Origin: Octopus sinensis
Lineage: Eukaryota
DNA: 64,000 nt
Direction of reading: 5' to 3'
Assembly: GCF_006345805.1 (NCBI RefSeq)
Contig: NC_043009.1
Coordinates: 10,168,001 to 10,232,000, forward strand
Of this stretch, positions 14,071 to 27,712 are shown piece after piece (positions within the stretch are counted from its first letter, which is position 1; every line of letters begins with the position of its first letter). Position numbers and translations under genes: made by a program. A model generated the notes under the pieces. The model saw only the letters and a program-made list of their open reading frames with translations, ran no database searches and was not told the origin of the DNA.

Positions 14071-14616
14071 TACACTCACACACACACAACCACACACTCA
14101 CATACACAAGCGCACACACAAATATACACATCACAAATATTGAAACGTATAAAGCACTTTGGTAAAGAGCTCGATAAACATGACAAGAAGCGTAAAATGA
14201 TTAGATGTAATGATTGATGACAAGAAAAATTTGTCATGTGTGTGATATATATATATATTGCTTATAAATTTTACATCTGGATGGACTCATATTAAACTCT
14301 GTTGGACTTTTGGATTTTACTCAAAAGATATTGGAATATTACACTTATATATCATTATGCCTATAAAAACGGATTTACGAACTCAATAACCGTACATATC
14401 TTAATCTATCTTTCTCTCCTCCACCCCACTCTCTATTTTGTATCACATCGAGAACTAACTATGACTTAATTTTTCCTCTCACACCGTCCACCGTCTCCAT
14501 GAAGGATATTATTAATTAATATCCTAGAAACAAGCTGTAAGACCTTCTATCTATAAATGCTCTAATATCTATACAGCCTTGTTTTTTTATCTCATTGCGC
14601 AAAAAATCACAACATC

Positions 14617-14677
<61 letters not shown>

Positions 14678-15058
14678 CTGTCTCTGCGTGTGTGTGGTGT
14701 GGCGTGTGTGAGAGTGGTAGTGTGCATCTTGGTGTAATATCTACTTTTAAAAAAATCGGTTGGGTAAATAAAAACATGATTGCATATTGTACAACAGTTT
14801 AAAACATTTAATATCATTTCTCGGCTGAAACCCAATGGCAAGCTACTTTCACTTTCATTTCCTTCAGGTCAATTTCCAAACCATTTCATGCAATCACATA
14901 AGCACTTCAGTTACATTTATAGTTTGTGTCACAATGGGAAATTTATATGTGTACCTTCAGGTAACACATTGTACACACGCATATGTGTGTTTAAAGAGCG
15001 CACGCGCACACACACACACACAAGCGCGAGCATATATATATATGTATATATATATATA

Positions 15059-15457
15059 GGCGTAGGAGTGGCTGCTTGGTAAGTAGCTTGCTTACCAACC
15101 ACATGGTTCCGGGTTCAGTCCCACTGCGTGACACCCTGGGCAAGTGTCTTCTACCAAAGACCAAAGCCTTGTGAATGGATTTGGTAGACGGTAACTGAAG
15201 GAAGCTCGTCGCATATACGTATATATATATATATGTATGCGTGTATATGTTTGTGTGTCTGTGTTTGTCCCCCCCCCCAACATCGCTTGACAACCGATAG
15301 TGGTGTGTTTACGTCCCCGGAACTTAGCTTCTCAGCAAAAGAGACCGATAGAATAAGTACTAGGATTACAAAGAACAAGTCCTGGGGGTCAATTTGCTCG
15401 ACTGAAGGCGGTGCTCCACATGGCCGCAGTCAAATGACTGAGCAAGTAAGAGGTAAG
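15059..15457 (+). mobile_element. SINE family A (tRNA-headed, with internal microsatellite)
   Basis: ggcgtaggagtggctgcttggtaag...gggttcagtcccactgcg head, internal (TA)/(TG) array, tail ggcggtgctcc...ggccgcagtcaaatgactga. Confidence 0.9.
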
Positions 15458-15580
15458 AATATTATATATATATATATATATAATATATATATATAAAAAA
15501 GAAGGCAAGCAACAGTTCTTATCCACATACCGAAAAATAGAAATAGTAGGACTTATATATATATAGCAAGTAAAACGGTA

Positions 15581-15629
<49 letters not shown>

Positions 15630-15637
15630 GGCAAGCA

Positions 15638-15737
15638 NNNNNNNNNNNNNNNNNNNNNNNNNNNNNNNNNNNNNNNNNNNNNNNNNNNNNNNNNNNNNNN
15701 NNNNNNNNNNNNNNNNNNNNNNNNNNNNNNNNNNNNN
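15638..15737. other. Assembly gap (100 N)
   Basis: Run of exactly 100 N, usually a placeholder of unknown size. Confidence 0.99.
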
Positions 15738-15804
15738 ACACACACACACACAAACACAAACACACACATGCAGATGCAGACACGCAAAGTCACGTAATCA
15801 GACG

Positions 15805-16812
<1,008 letters not shown>

Positions 16813-17632
16813 TCTTTTTATCCTCGCCGTCTTTCTCACTCACAGCAACCGCAGCAGTCAATGTCTTCACCTTGCTCTCCTCACCTTACTCTTCTTCTTC
16901 TTCTTCTTCTTCTTCTCTTCTTCCTTGTTCAAACCATAGTGATGGTTCGGATGTTGTCAGTTGTGATATATGGTGATGGCAGTGGTGGTGCTGCGTGTTT
17001 GTATGTAAGTTAGGTGGGAGAGAGAGAGAGAGAGAGTGCTTTGTGTGTGATAGCTGACCAGAAGAAAACATTGTGTTAGCGATTATAATTGAAACTAACC
17101 AAAGAATAAACAAGGTTTAAATTGGCTTGTTAAGGAATATCTTAACACCTGGTACTTTTCCGTTGAATGTGTTGCAAAAATCACAGGGTATATTGTAGAG
17201 ACGGTAAATGAGAGAGAAAGAAAAAGCCAAGGAGATCGAGCAAGATAGATGGAGAATGCCAGAGAAACAATGTGAGGGATAGAGAGATAGTATATATATC
17301 TGATAATGTAATACAATATCTCAGAAGAAAGCAGATCTAGAGTTATTATGCTACAATCTAGACATTAAACAGAAATGAAGTAAGTTGATTAATTACGACA
17401 AACGTTGCAATGATGGTTCTCTTTTATTATGTATTTCTATTAAATTAATGGAAAGTTGGCTGATGGCAAGTCAATAGCTTGTTGGTATTGTAGCCTAAGG
17501 GTGAGCCAATATTAAGTGGATTGCACTTGACCGAATGGAGTCGTGTATGTTCTTGCCGAGAGATCGACAGTTCAAATTACGTTAGCGGCACTATGCTGTG
17601 TTCCTTAACCAAGATTCAACGAATTAAATACC

Positions 17633-17870
17633 TATTTCTTTACAACCCACAAGGGGTTAAACACAGAAGGGACAAACAAGGACAGACAAACGGATTAAGT
17701 CGATTAAATCGACCCCAGTGGGTAACTGGTACTTATTTAATCGACCCCGAAAGGGTGAAAGGCAAAGTCAACCTCGGCGGAATTTGAACTCAGAAACTTA
17801 ATGGCAGACGAAATACCGCTCAGCATTTCGCCCGGCGTTCTAACGTTTCTGCCAGTTCGCCGCCTTATAT
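17633..17870 (-). mobile_element. SINE family B, full length
   Basis: Complete head to tail; 15-bp TSD aacgaattaaatacc at 17618-17632 and 17871-17885. Confidence 0.92.
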
Positions 17871-17901
17871 AACGAATTAAATACCGTTAAACCGTTATCA
17901 G

Positions 17902-18148
17902 TGGAGGCGCGTGGCTTAGTGGTTAGGGTGTCAGCATCATGATCGTAAGATTGTGGTTTCGATTCCTGGAGCGGACAACACGTTGTGCTCTTGAGCAAAA
18001 CACTTCATTTCACGTTGCTCCCGTGCACTCATCTGTCAAAAGTAAGTAACGCTGCGATGGACTGGCGTCCCGTCCAGCGGGAGAACACATACGCCATAGA
18101 AACCGGGAAACCGGGCCCATGAGGCTGGCTAGGCTTTAAAAAGGCGCC
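17902..18148 (+). mobile_element. SINE family C (tRNA-headed)
   Basis: ggaggcgcgtggcttagtggttaggg A box, ggtttcgattcc B box, 3' domain tgcgatggactggcgtcccgtccag...aaaccgggaaaccgggccc; inverted homolog at 24105-24341. Confidence 0.88.
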
Positions 18149-18344
18149 TTCTACGCGAGATTATTTATATTCTGTGATGAACAGAATGACTTCATACGTC
18201 TTTGCTGTATAAAAAGTAATTATTTCTAAATTAGGCAGAAATCAGATATTTGGAGAAGGTTGAAAAGTCGATTACAACAGCCCCAGTATTTCACTGATAC
18301 TTTATTTTATCGACTTAGGATGAAAAGAAATCCTCACAAACATA

Positions 18345-18920
18345 CTCTTTACTCCTTTACTCCCTTTTACTCTTTTACTTGTTTCTTTTGACTGCGGCCA
18401 TGCTGGAGCACCGCCTTTAGTCGAGCAAATCGACCCCAGGACTTATTCTTTCTAAGCCTAGCACTTATTCTATCGGTCTCTTTTGCTGGACCGCTAAGTT
18501 ACTGGGACGTAAACACATCAGCATCGGTTGTCAAGTGATGTTGCGGGGACAAACACACACACACATACACACACACGCATGTATATATACACATACATAA
18601 TACATAACAATAGGGTAATAAGAAATTATTATTACCAGTGGCCTAGCACACACATATACGAATTAGTCATTAGACTATATATTATTCAAATAGAAATACA
18701 AGAGGCTTTCAAATAGGAAAACGTAGGAAAGTCGTATATACATATACATACATACGACTGGCTTGTTTCAGTTTCCGTCTGCTAAAATCCACTCACGAAG
18801 CTTTGGTTGGCCCGAGGTTATAGTAGAAGACTACTTGCCCAAAGTGCCACGCAGTGGGACTGAAACTGGAACCATGTGGTTGGTAAGCAAGCTACTTACC
18901 ACACAGCCACTCCTGCACCT
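18345..18920 (-). mobile_element. SINE family A, split by ~150 bp within its internal microsatellite
   Basis: Tail half at 18345-18590, head half at 18745-18920, same strand. Confidence 0.8.
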
Positions 18921-19130
18921 ATGTGACAAGAAAATATGTAAAACGTAAAATACTATGGATGAAGAAACCAAATCAATAATTTATGGGCTACATCCCTCAA
19001 TGATGATACCATGAGATCAAGAAAAGTTGGAGGGAACCTCAAAACCGCACATCCACCACATGCAAGGAACTTGAATACTTAAAACATCTGTCTGGTAGAA
19101 AATAAAACAGAAGTCAATAGAATGTTATAC

Positions 19131-19545
19131 AAGCGTAGGAGTGGTTGTGTGGTAAGTAGCTTGCTTACGAACCACATGATTCCGGGTTCAGTTCCACTGC
19201 GCGGCACCTTAGGCAAGTGTCTTCTACTATAGCCTCGGGCCGACCAAAGCCTTGTGAGCGGATTTGGTAGACGGAAACTGAAAGAAGCCCGTCGTATATA
19301 TGCATATATATATGTATGTGTGTGTATATGTTTGTGTGTCTGTGTTTGTCCCCCCAACATCGCTTGACATCCGATGCTGGTGTGTTTACGTCCCCGTAAC
19401 TTAGCGGTTCGGCAAAGAGACCGATAGAATAAGTACTAGGCTTCCAAAGAATAAGTCTTGGGATCGATTTGCTCGACTAAAAGTGGTGCTCCAGCATGGC
19501 CACAGCCACATGACTGAAACAAGTAAAAGAGTAAAAAGAGAGAGT
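19131..19545 (+). mobile_element. SINE family A, full length
   Basis: Same head, body and tail as 15059 and 44563. Confidence 0.9.
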
Positions 19546-20056
19546 CACAGACCAGCAAGAACATACATGAACCCCGATTAGTTATGATTACAGTTATCAT
19601 AACACTAACATATCTAGACTGTGCATTGTTGGTAAAGAGTATCAAAATCCATTCATTAAAATCTAGTCCCTAGACCATTGTTTAGTCCATTGCCAGGCTA
19701 TAAATTTTAAATTAACTCCAGCCGATTGCGACTCTAATCCAGATTTTAAAAGATTAAGTTGTCAGCTACTCATATCTCAACAGTGCTCAAACAGTGGATT
19801 GTGAGCTGCATGTGGCTTTCAAAGCTATTATACAAGGCTTCCGAAAGAATATGTTTCTGTGTTATTTTCCTTAAAAAACCTTTAATGTTTTATGAGACAG
19901 ATTTTTAAGTAATAACTGCAAAAACTATAATTCAATGAAAACCTTCAACGAGGGTAATTAATCAATATACTTAGGTGAACAAAACTAAATGACGGAATAT
20001 TTTCTTCTTCATAGACATGATTAAAAGATATTACTTACAGTTTTTGAAAGTTAAAA

Positions 20057-20244
20057 TATGGAGTGGGTGTGTGGTAAGTATCTTGTTTACCAACCTCATG
20101 GTTCTGGGCTCCGTCCCACTGCGTGACAACTTGAGCAAGTGTCTTCTACTATAGCCTCGGGCCGAGCAAAGCCTTGTGAGTGGAGTTGGTAGACGGAAAC
20201 TGAAAGAAGTCTATCGTATATATGTATATATATATATATATATG

Positions 20245-20282
<38 letters not shown>

Positions 20283-20492
20283 TTGTGGGTCTGTGTTTGT
20301 CCCTTCAGCATGGCTTGACAACCGATGCCGGTGTGTTTATGTCCCCGTAACTTAGCGGTTCGACAAAAGGATCCGATAAAATAAGCACTAGGCTTACAAG
20401 GAATAAGTCCTGGGGTCGATTTTCTCGACTAAAGGCGGTGCTCCTGCATGGCCGCAGTCAAATGGCTGAAACCATTAAAAGAGCAAAAGAGA
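20057..20492 (+). mobile_element. SINE family A, full length
   Basis: Same head, body and tail as 19131. Confidence 0.88.
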
Positions 20493-20569
20493 TATTGGCT
20501 CATCTTATCAATCAACACGGTCCTCCCAGTTATGTTACAATGCGCTCGATCTGATTTACAAATACTAGG

Positions 20570-20790
20570 TTCAGATTTTGGCACAGAACCAGCAGTTTTT
20601 GAAGGGGAGGAGGAAGTCGATTACATCGACCTCCAGTACTTGACTAGTACTTGCTTATTTTATCAATCTGCAAAGGATGAAAAGCAAAGACAATCGCAGC
20701 GAATTTTGAACTCAGAACGTAGAAACAGACAAGAATGCCGCTAAGCAGTTTGGCCGGTGTGTTAACGATTCAGCCAGCACGCCGCCACCT
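20570..20790 (-). mobile_element. Degenerate SINE family B
   Basis: ttttggcacagaaccagc...aagtcgattacatcgacc...ttgaactcagaacgta. Confidence 0.7.
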
Positions 20791-21089
20791 AATTCAGAAA
20801 TATTATCTCACCGAAGCCAGCCAGCGTAAGGAAATATTATCACCTGGACAGTGTGTAAGTATTCTGTCTTAATTTCCATTACTTTATCTAAGAAATATGA
20901 AATTGAAACTATGTTATATTTGTCTCTTTAGTTTTGAATATATCTTATATTAAACTTAATTCATTAAATTAACTTTTATCATTATCATTCTACAGTACTT
21001 CTACACCATTCTGAGGCATTCTACTCGAAATTAATCATATTCTGTGAGGAACATAATGACTTCATACGTCTTTGCTGTATAAAAAGTAA

Positions 21090-21449
21090 TCTATATATTC
21101 TTTCTTGTCTCGAGGTTCACAGCCAAACGGCTGGGTGGATTCGTGTGAAAAATGGCACACGTGTGGGGACGAGTGCATAGATTGAAATGCGGTTTGTATT
21201 TTTTCCTAAACCCGAGAAAATCGATTAAAACTTTTTCTAATGGAATTTCCCTCTTTCTTCTGTCATTAAAACAACCGGTTGCTTAGAAGCTGTTTTCTGA
21301 CGGGTTGGGGTCAAGAAATTTTCTCTTCAATCGATACAGGGGACCCGAAATGATAAGGTTGACAAACGCTGTTATAGATTATGCCTAACCGAAAATGATC
21401 ACAGCCACATCATCCAAACAGACCGGGTGGAACCGGGCTTAGCTTCTAG
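21090..21449 (+). mobile_element. Non-autonomous Helitron-like element
   Basis: Starts a|TCtatata and ends with GC hairpin ccgggtggaaccggg then CTAG (21446-21449); absent from the paralogous segment at 18149-18344. Confidence 0.7.
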
Positions 21450-21924
21450 GCAGAAAGCAGATATTTGGTGAAAGTTGAAAAGTCGATTACAAAAGCCCAA
21501 GTATTTCACTGATACTTTATTTTGTCGATTTAAGACGAAAAGAAATACCCACGAACATAAATAAGTTTATTACTGTTTGACTTCAATTATCTACCTGAAA
21601 GCATTTCATTCAATTTTGAAAAGCTGGGCTGGCTGTATAAAAAAAAAGTTAACTATCGAGTTATCTGAAATCAAAGTTATTACGTAAACGAGTAACAGCT
21701 GCAGAAAAGAGTAAAAAACACATCAATAAACTTTATTTTTTTCTCATTGTATTTCTAAACTGCTGTTCCGGATACATGCGACAGCATATCTGATTTAGTT
21801 GAAGCGGAATATAAGGACCAGCTCATAAGTATTAAAGTTCAAATCCATCAAACATATTTCTTTCTTGCTGCAGTCTAACCTACTAATTAATCCTTAGCTA
21901 GCAGACTCATAATGAGAATCGTTC

Positions 21925-22026
21925 AAACTCGACCTCGGCGGAATTTGAACTCAGAACGTAACGGCAGACGAAATACCGCAAAGCATTTCGCCCGGCGTGC
22001 TAACGTTTCTGCCAGCTCGCCGCCTA
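21925..22026 (-). mobile_element. SINE family B head fragment
   Basis: ctcgacctcggcggaatttgaactcagaacgtaacggcagacgaaataccgc...gccagctcgccgcct. Confidence 0.8.
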
Positions 22027-22164
22027 TTTACGTATGTATATTACACATACATACATAAATACATACATACATACATACATACACACACGCGCATACACAC
22101 ACACACAACCTACTAATTAATCCTTAGCTAGCAGACTCACAATGAGAAGCATTCTTACTCAGAC

Positions 22165-22781
22165 CACCTTGTTATTTGTTGATTGCCCACAAGGGGCTAA
22201 ACATAGAGGGGACAAACAAGGTCAGACAAAGGGATTAAGTCAATTACATCGCCGCCAGTGTGTAACTGGTACTCAATTTATCGACCCCGAAAGGATGAAA
22301 GGCAAAGTTGACATCGGCCGAATTTGAACTCAGAACGTAACGGCACACGAAATACCTATTTCTTTATTACCCACAAGGGGCTAAACACAGAGGGGACAAA
22401 CAAGGACAGACATAGGTATTAAGTCGATTACATCGACCCCAGTGTGTAACTGGTACTCAATTTATCGACCCCGAAGGATGAAGCCAAAAGTTGACAATCG
22501 GCGGAATTTGAACTCAGAACGTAGCGGCAGACGAAATACTATTTCTATTCTATTTCTTTATTACCCACAAGGGGCTAACACAGAGGGGACAAACAAGGAC
22601 AGACATAGGTTATTAAGTCGATTACATCGACCCCAGTGCGTAACTGGTACTTGATTTATCGACCCCGAAAGGATGAAAGGCAAAGTCGACCTCGGCGGAA
22701 TTCGAACTCACAACGTAACACAGACGAAATACCGCTCAGCATTTAGCCCGGCGCGCTAACGTTTCTGCCAGCTCGCCGCCT
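22165..22781 (-). mobile_element. Tandem trimer of SINE family B
   Basis: Three ~190-230 bp units; only the rightmost has the head, and the other two begin at gtatttcg. Confidence 0.85.
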
Positions 22782-23289
22782 AACTCTGGCCACCTTGTAT
22801 TTTAATTCGACATAATGTATGATCTAACGTCTCATCTTATTAAAGTGGCATAATGTGATTAATAGAAGATGCTTGGTTACTATTTCTAGCAAATCATGTG
22901 ACTACGTAGAGGTGCGCTTGTTGGCATCTGAAGGGATTATTTTGAAAATCTGCTAGAGAAGCAATGTATTGAGTTGCGTCGCTTTATAGCAAAACATCAA
23001 CTTATCCATTCAATAAAGAGAAATTGAAAAAAAAAGAAAGCATCACTCTTAAATTTTGCGTGAATATGATGGACTAAAGCCCTTGCAGTTGGTGTCCTAG
23101 CATGGCTACAATCGAATTAAAGAAACTCGTGAAAGAGTAGTATAAGAGGTTCCGATCAGTTTATCTAGATAACAGTGGAAATGTTTGACAAGCCGCGCAT
23201 TTTAATATAGATTAAACTCTGGTCTTCACAGCAAATCGTAATTAAAAGATAAGTAAGGAGATATAAACCTTCATTGAATATTAGGGTTA

Positions 23290-23495
23290 ATTTGTATGTG
23301 CACTCGCGTGTTTGTGTCACCGATGTTGGTGAGTTTACGTTCCTGTAACTTAGCGGTTCGGCAAAGAAGATCGATAAAACAAATACCAGTCTTAACAAAA
23401 AATAAGAACTGGGGTCGATTCATTCAACTAAAAATTCTGCAAGGTGGTACACCAGCATGGCCGCGGTCTAATGATTGAATGAAGTATAAGATAAT
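23290..23495 (+). mobile_element. SINE family A, 3' half (degenerate)
   Basis: gtaacttagcggttcggcaaag...ggggtcgattcattc...ccagcatggccgcggtc. Confidence 0.7.
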
Positions 23496-23624
23496 AGATA
23501 AAGGAATATAGTATTTGCTATTTTTTTCTTTTTCACGGTCTTAGTGAAAAACGAAGTAAGTAACTAAGCACTAATGCTGGCCAGTTATACAACATACATG
23601 TAAGTAGAGTAGATAGTAAATAGT

Positions 23625-23908
23625 GTGGGCACATGGCCAAGTGGTTAGATTAGCGGACTCGCGGTCGAGGGATCGCGGGTTCGAATCTCAGACCGGGTGA
23701 TGTGTGTGCTTATGAGCGAAACACCTAAGCTCCACGCGGCTCCGGCAGAAGGTAATGGCGAACTTCTGCTGACTCTTTCGCCACAACTTTCTCTCACTCT
23801 TTCCTCCTGCATCTTGCAGTTCACCTGTGACGGACCGGCGTCCCGTCCAGGTGAGGAACCTATACACTAAGGAAACCGGGAAACCGGCCCGTATGAGCCA
23901 GGCATAGT
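23625..23908 (+). mobile_element. SINE family D
   Basis: tRNA-like head (tggccaagtggttag; gggttcgaatctc), body ctctttcgccacaactttctctcactctttc, 3' domain ccggcgtcccgtccag...aaaccgggaaaccggccc. Confidence 0.88.
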
Positions 23909-24104
23909 AAATAAAAGTTTCCAACGTGGTTAAAAAAAAGTAACTGAATCACAGATTAAACTGTAAAGAATGACTTCGATCACTAACGAATGACTTAAAG
24001 AAAAGCAATGAGCAGAAATCATTTGCTGGCCAGGAATGTGACACAAGAATATTCAAAGACAGTCGACTTCATTGATAGTACGCACATATATATAATATAA
24101 TAAT

Positions 24105-24341
24105 GCACCCTTTTAAAGCCTAGCCAGGCTCTTGGGCCCGGTTTCCCGGTTTCAATGGTGTATGCGTTCCCCAGCTGGACAGGACGTCAGTCCATCGCAG
24201 CGTTATTCATTTTTGCCAGCTGAGTGGACTGGAGCAACGTGAAATGAAGTGTTTTGCTTAAGAACACAACGCATCACTCGGTTCAGAAATCGAAACCACA
24301 ATCTTACGATCATGATGCTGACACCCTAACCACTAAGCCAC
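24105..24341 (-). mobile_element. SINE family C
   Basis: Reverse complement of 17902-18148. Confidence 0.85.
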
Positions 24342-24958
24342 ATTGAGCATACTTCGGCAAGCTTACTGCAACGAAACAATGGGTCATAAGCAATGTTTCG
24401 AGTGGCACCGGTGCTTCAAAAGCGGAAGAACGTCCCTAGAAGACGATGAGCGATCTGGAAGACCTTCCACGAATGTCACCCATCGAGGATTCTCCTCCCA
24501 GGGTCAGACCATCAATCGAAACTTCTACTGCGACGTTTTGAAGCGTTCGAGGGAAGATATTCGGCGAAAGCGACCGGATCTGTGAAGCGCGAGGTATTGG
24601 ATTTTTTGCGACTACAATGTACTCTATCATTGACCTCTCCTCACTCGTGAGTTTCTCGCCCAAAACATGGTATCACTTCTGCAACCACTCTTTTCGCCAG
24701 ATTTAGAACTTGCGGACTTCCCCAAGAGGAAAATGTAGCTCAAAGGTCACCGTTGTCGCGATTCAGATCGAACGGCAGGTTCCGAGTCGCTTGCGGAGAA
24801 CGACTTCAAGACCGTATTCCAAAAGTGGCAGCAACGTTGGGACCAGTGTGTTGTTGCGAAAGGGGACTACTTTGAAGGAGATAATGTTAAAACTTAGGTA
24901 ATTATGTTACTCTTTATTAATCATAACTAGACCTCGAACTTTTTGATAACACCTCGTA
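24342..24958 (+). mobile_element. 5'-truncated, internally deleted mariner (irritans/Hsmar2-like) remnant
   Basis: Peptide LRQAYCNETMGHKQCFEWHRCFKSGRTSLEDDERSGRPST; right TIR gaactttttgataacacctcg|ta matches the TIR of 58923-59828. Confidence 0.8.
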
Positions 24959-24976
24959 TATATATATATATATATG

Positions 24977-25282
24977 TGGGGCCGCAATGGTCCAGTGGTT
25001 AGAGCAGCGGACCCGCGGTCGTAGGATTGCGGTTTTCATTTCCCAGACCGGGTGTTGTAAGTGTTTATTGAGCGAAAACACCTAAGACTCCACGAGGCTC
25101 CGGCAAGGGATGGTGGTGATCCCTGCTGTACTCTTTCGCCACAACTTTCTCTCACTCTTTCTTCTGTTGACCTGCTCGCTTAGCCAGCGGGGTGGCGTCA
25201 TTTGAAGGCCTAAGACAATGCGAAGCGCATTGTGACCAGCGATGTGTAGCAACATCTGATAGCCTGATCAGTGACGGTGACG

Positions 25283-25288
<6 letters not shown>
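24977..25288 (+). mobile_element. SINE family D variant with a different tail
   Basis: Family D head and body, then a distinct tail ending gcctgatcagtgacggtgacggtgat. Confidence 0.8.
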
Positions 25289-25321
<33 letters not shown>

Positions 25322-25413
25322 GCATATATATATACATATATATATAAACCCACACACATGTGTATATACAGATATATATATATATATACACACGTACACA
25401 AACAAGCATATAT

Positions 25414-25581
25414 ATACGACGGGCTTCTTTCAGTTTCCGTCTACCAAATCCACTCACAAGGCTTTGGTCAGCCCCACGCTATAGCAGAAGACACTTGCCC
25501 AAGGTGCCACGCAGTGAGACTGAACCTGGAGCCATGTGGTTCGCAAGCAAGCTACTTACCACACAGCCACTCCTACGCCTA
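25414..25581 (-). mobile_element. SINE family A, head half
   Basis: Reverse complement of the family A head. Confidence 0.85.
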
Positions 25582-26487
25582 TATATATACACGCATGCGT
25601 ATATATACATGACTACATACGCGTGCAAATAAAATATTAGGAAATACAAAGAAGTAGACACACTGTAGTACGTTAAAATGAGATACAATAGCGTAAAGTG
25701 AGCGATTAACGACAACGACACAGCTGTCAGTTACGACTATTATCGAACACTATAAAGGTCGACATTTAATACTTACAGGAGGCATGTCATACTTCAGGTG
25801 GGCATATAATACAGGTAAAATAGAAATTTCATAGTTTTTACTAGTCACCGGAATGAATGATATTTTTCCTTCGATTATTAATTTATTTATTTATTTAAAC
25901 TAGTCTTAGCCTCTGGGATTTTCAAGCACGGAAAATGTTATTTTGTAAATGAAAGTACACGTTGTTCCTGTATGTGTCAGTGTATTCTATTGTGGTGGCC
26001 ATGATAGTATTGAACGTCTTGGTTATCTGCCATTAAATTAGGCCCGCTGGTCAATCGGACATTAGAAGTATTGAATAACGAAGAAATATTCAATTTTAAA
26101 ATGTCTCCACTAGCGAAAGAAGGGGCCTGTAAGCGGGGTCGCTTTATCAGTTAGAAATAAAAGGCATCTCACGCTTTTTATTTCTCTCAAACTACAAGGA
26201 ATGTCTAAAAAATGGTACATCTGAGAACATATTCTATGTATAAAGATGGAATGATTTTAGCTCGAATTCTTTTGGTTGTTTGTCTACTCGATCAGACGAG
26301 ACATAGGGGTTAAAAAATAACCACAAGAATAGCAATATCTTCATTGCTTAAAGCGATCAACTATTGTAACTTCCGGTTCCTTCTTACGAGTAAGGGACAC
26401 TGTTGGAGGTGTATCTCACCTTATCATAAGGCAGTGCAGTTATACAGACATTCTTCATGATCACGTGTAGCTCCTGGATCCAGGAAC

Positions 26488-27036
<549 letters not shown>

Positions 27037-27099
27037 TATTTAATTCCTGATTCCATATATTGCCTTGCCTTAAGATACTTTTGGAATCCACAAATATCT

Positions 27100-27700
27100 T
27101 GTATTTTAGGGTAGATGGGATGTTGTAATAGTTATTCATTCACCAAATGCTATTACAACAGAATAACTGCAATAAGGACATGTAATCGCATTATTGTTTT
27201 ATCTCGCCAGAAGCTTCACCTTTGGCTTATGGAATGCTTCTTATCTACATTGCTCTCTACACTTTGTCTCGCAATTCTGGTTGCTTCCAATCAAGCAGAA
27301 CAATCTATTTGGAGAGCAGGGAAATATCCTAAACGTTACTTAGAAGGATTTCAACGCAACCCAAGAACTAATCGCATTCATAAAATTTCTCCAGTACACC
27401 TTTATATCAGTCATTGCCAGCGTTTGTTAAAAACCAACGTTCTTCTGTATAAAACAAGGTTCACTGAAAACGTTATCTCTTAAGTCTGTATCATATTTAA
27501 TTAATCTAAACAAATGAAACTGAATATTTACAGGGATCAGCTCATCTGCCTTTTGGTTCCTTATTACAACTGAATGGACACCATTGAAAGAATATGTCAC
27601 TTTGCCATACAGCAATGATATATAGTGCAAACTATTTAATCGACCATCGGCGATTCCTAGACTTAAGAACCTACGTTTAATTCTTGATGCTAAGCACATT
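27100..27700 (+). pseudogene. Possible highly decayed LINE RT 3' remnant
   Basis: Weak resemblance of KRYLEGFQRNPRTNRI...VLLYK to the LExVQRRAxRxI...LFYK end of CR1/L2-type RTs. Confidence 0.3.
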
Positions 27701-27712
27701 TGTATGCTAAGA

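Noticed and set aside
16886-17113. His/Glu-rich minus-strand ORF as a candidate Dbx exon 1
   Set aside because: No Dbx N-terminal motifs, ends in a stop, and is partly built from (CT)n and (GAA)n repeats.
22165-22781. Regularly spaced repeats resembling a CRISPR array (also 34300-35850)
   Set aside because: Units are 190-680 bp TE-derived sequence with no unique spacers or cas genes, in eukaryotic DNA.
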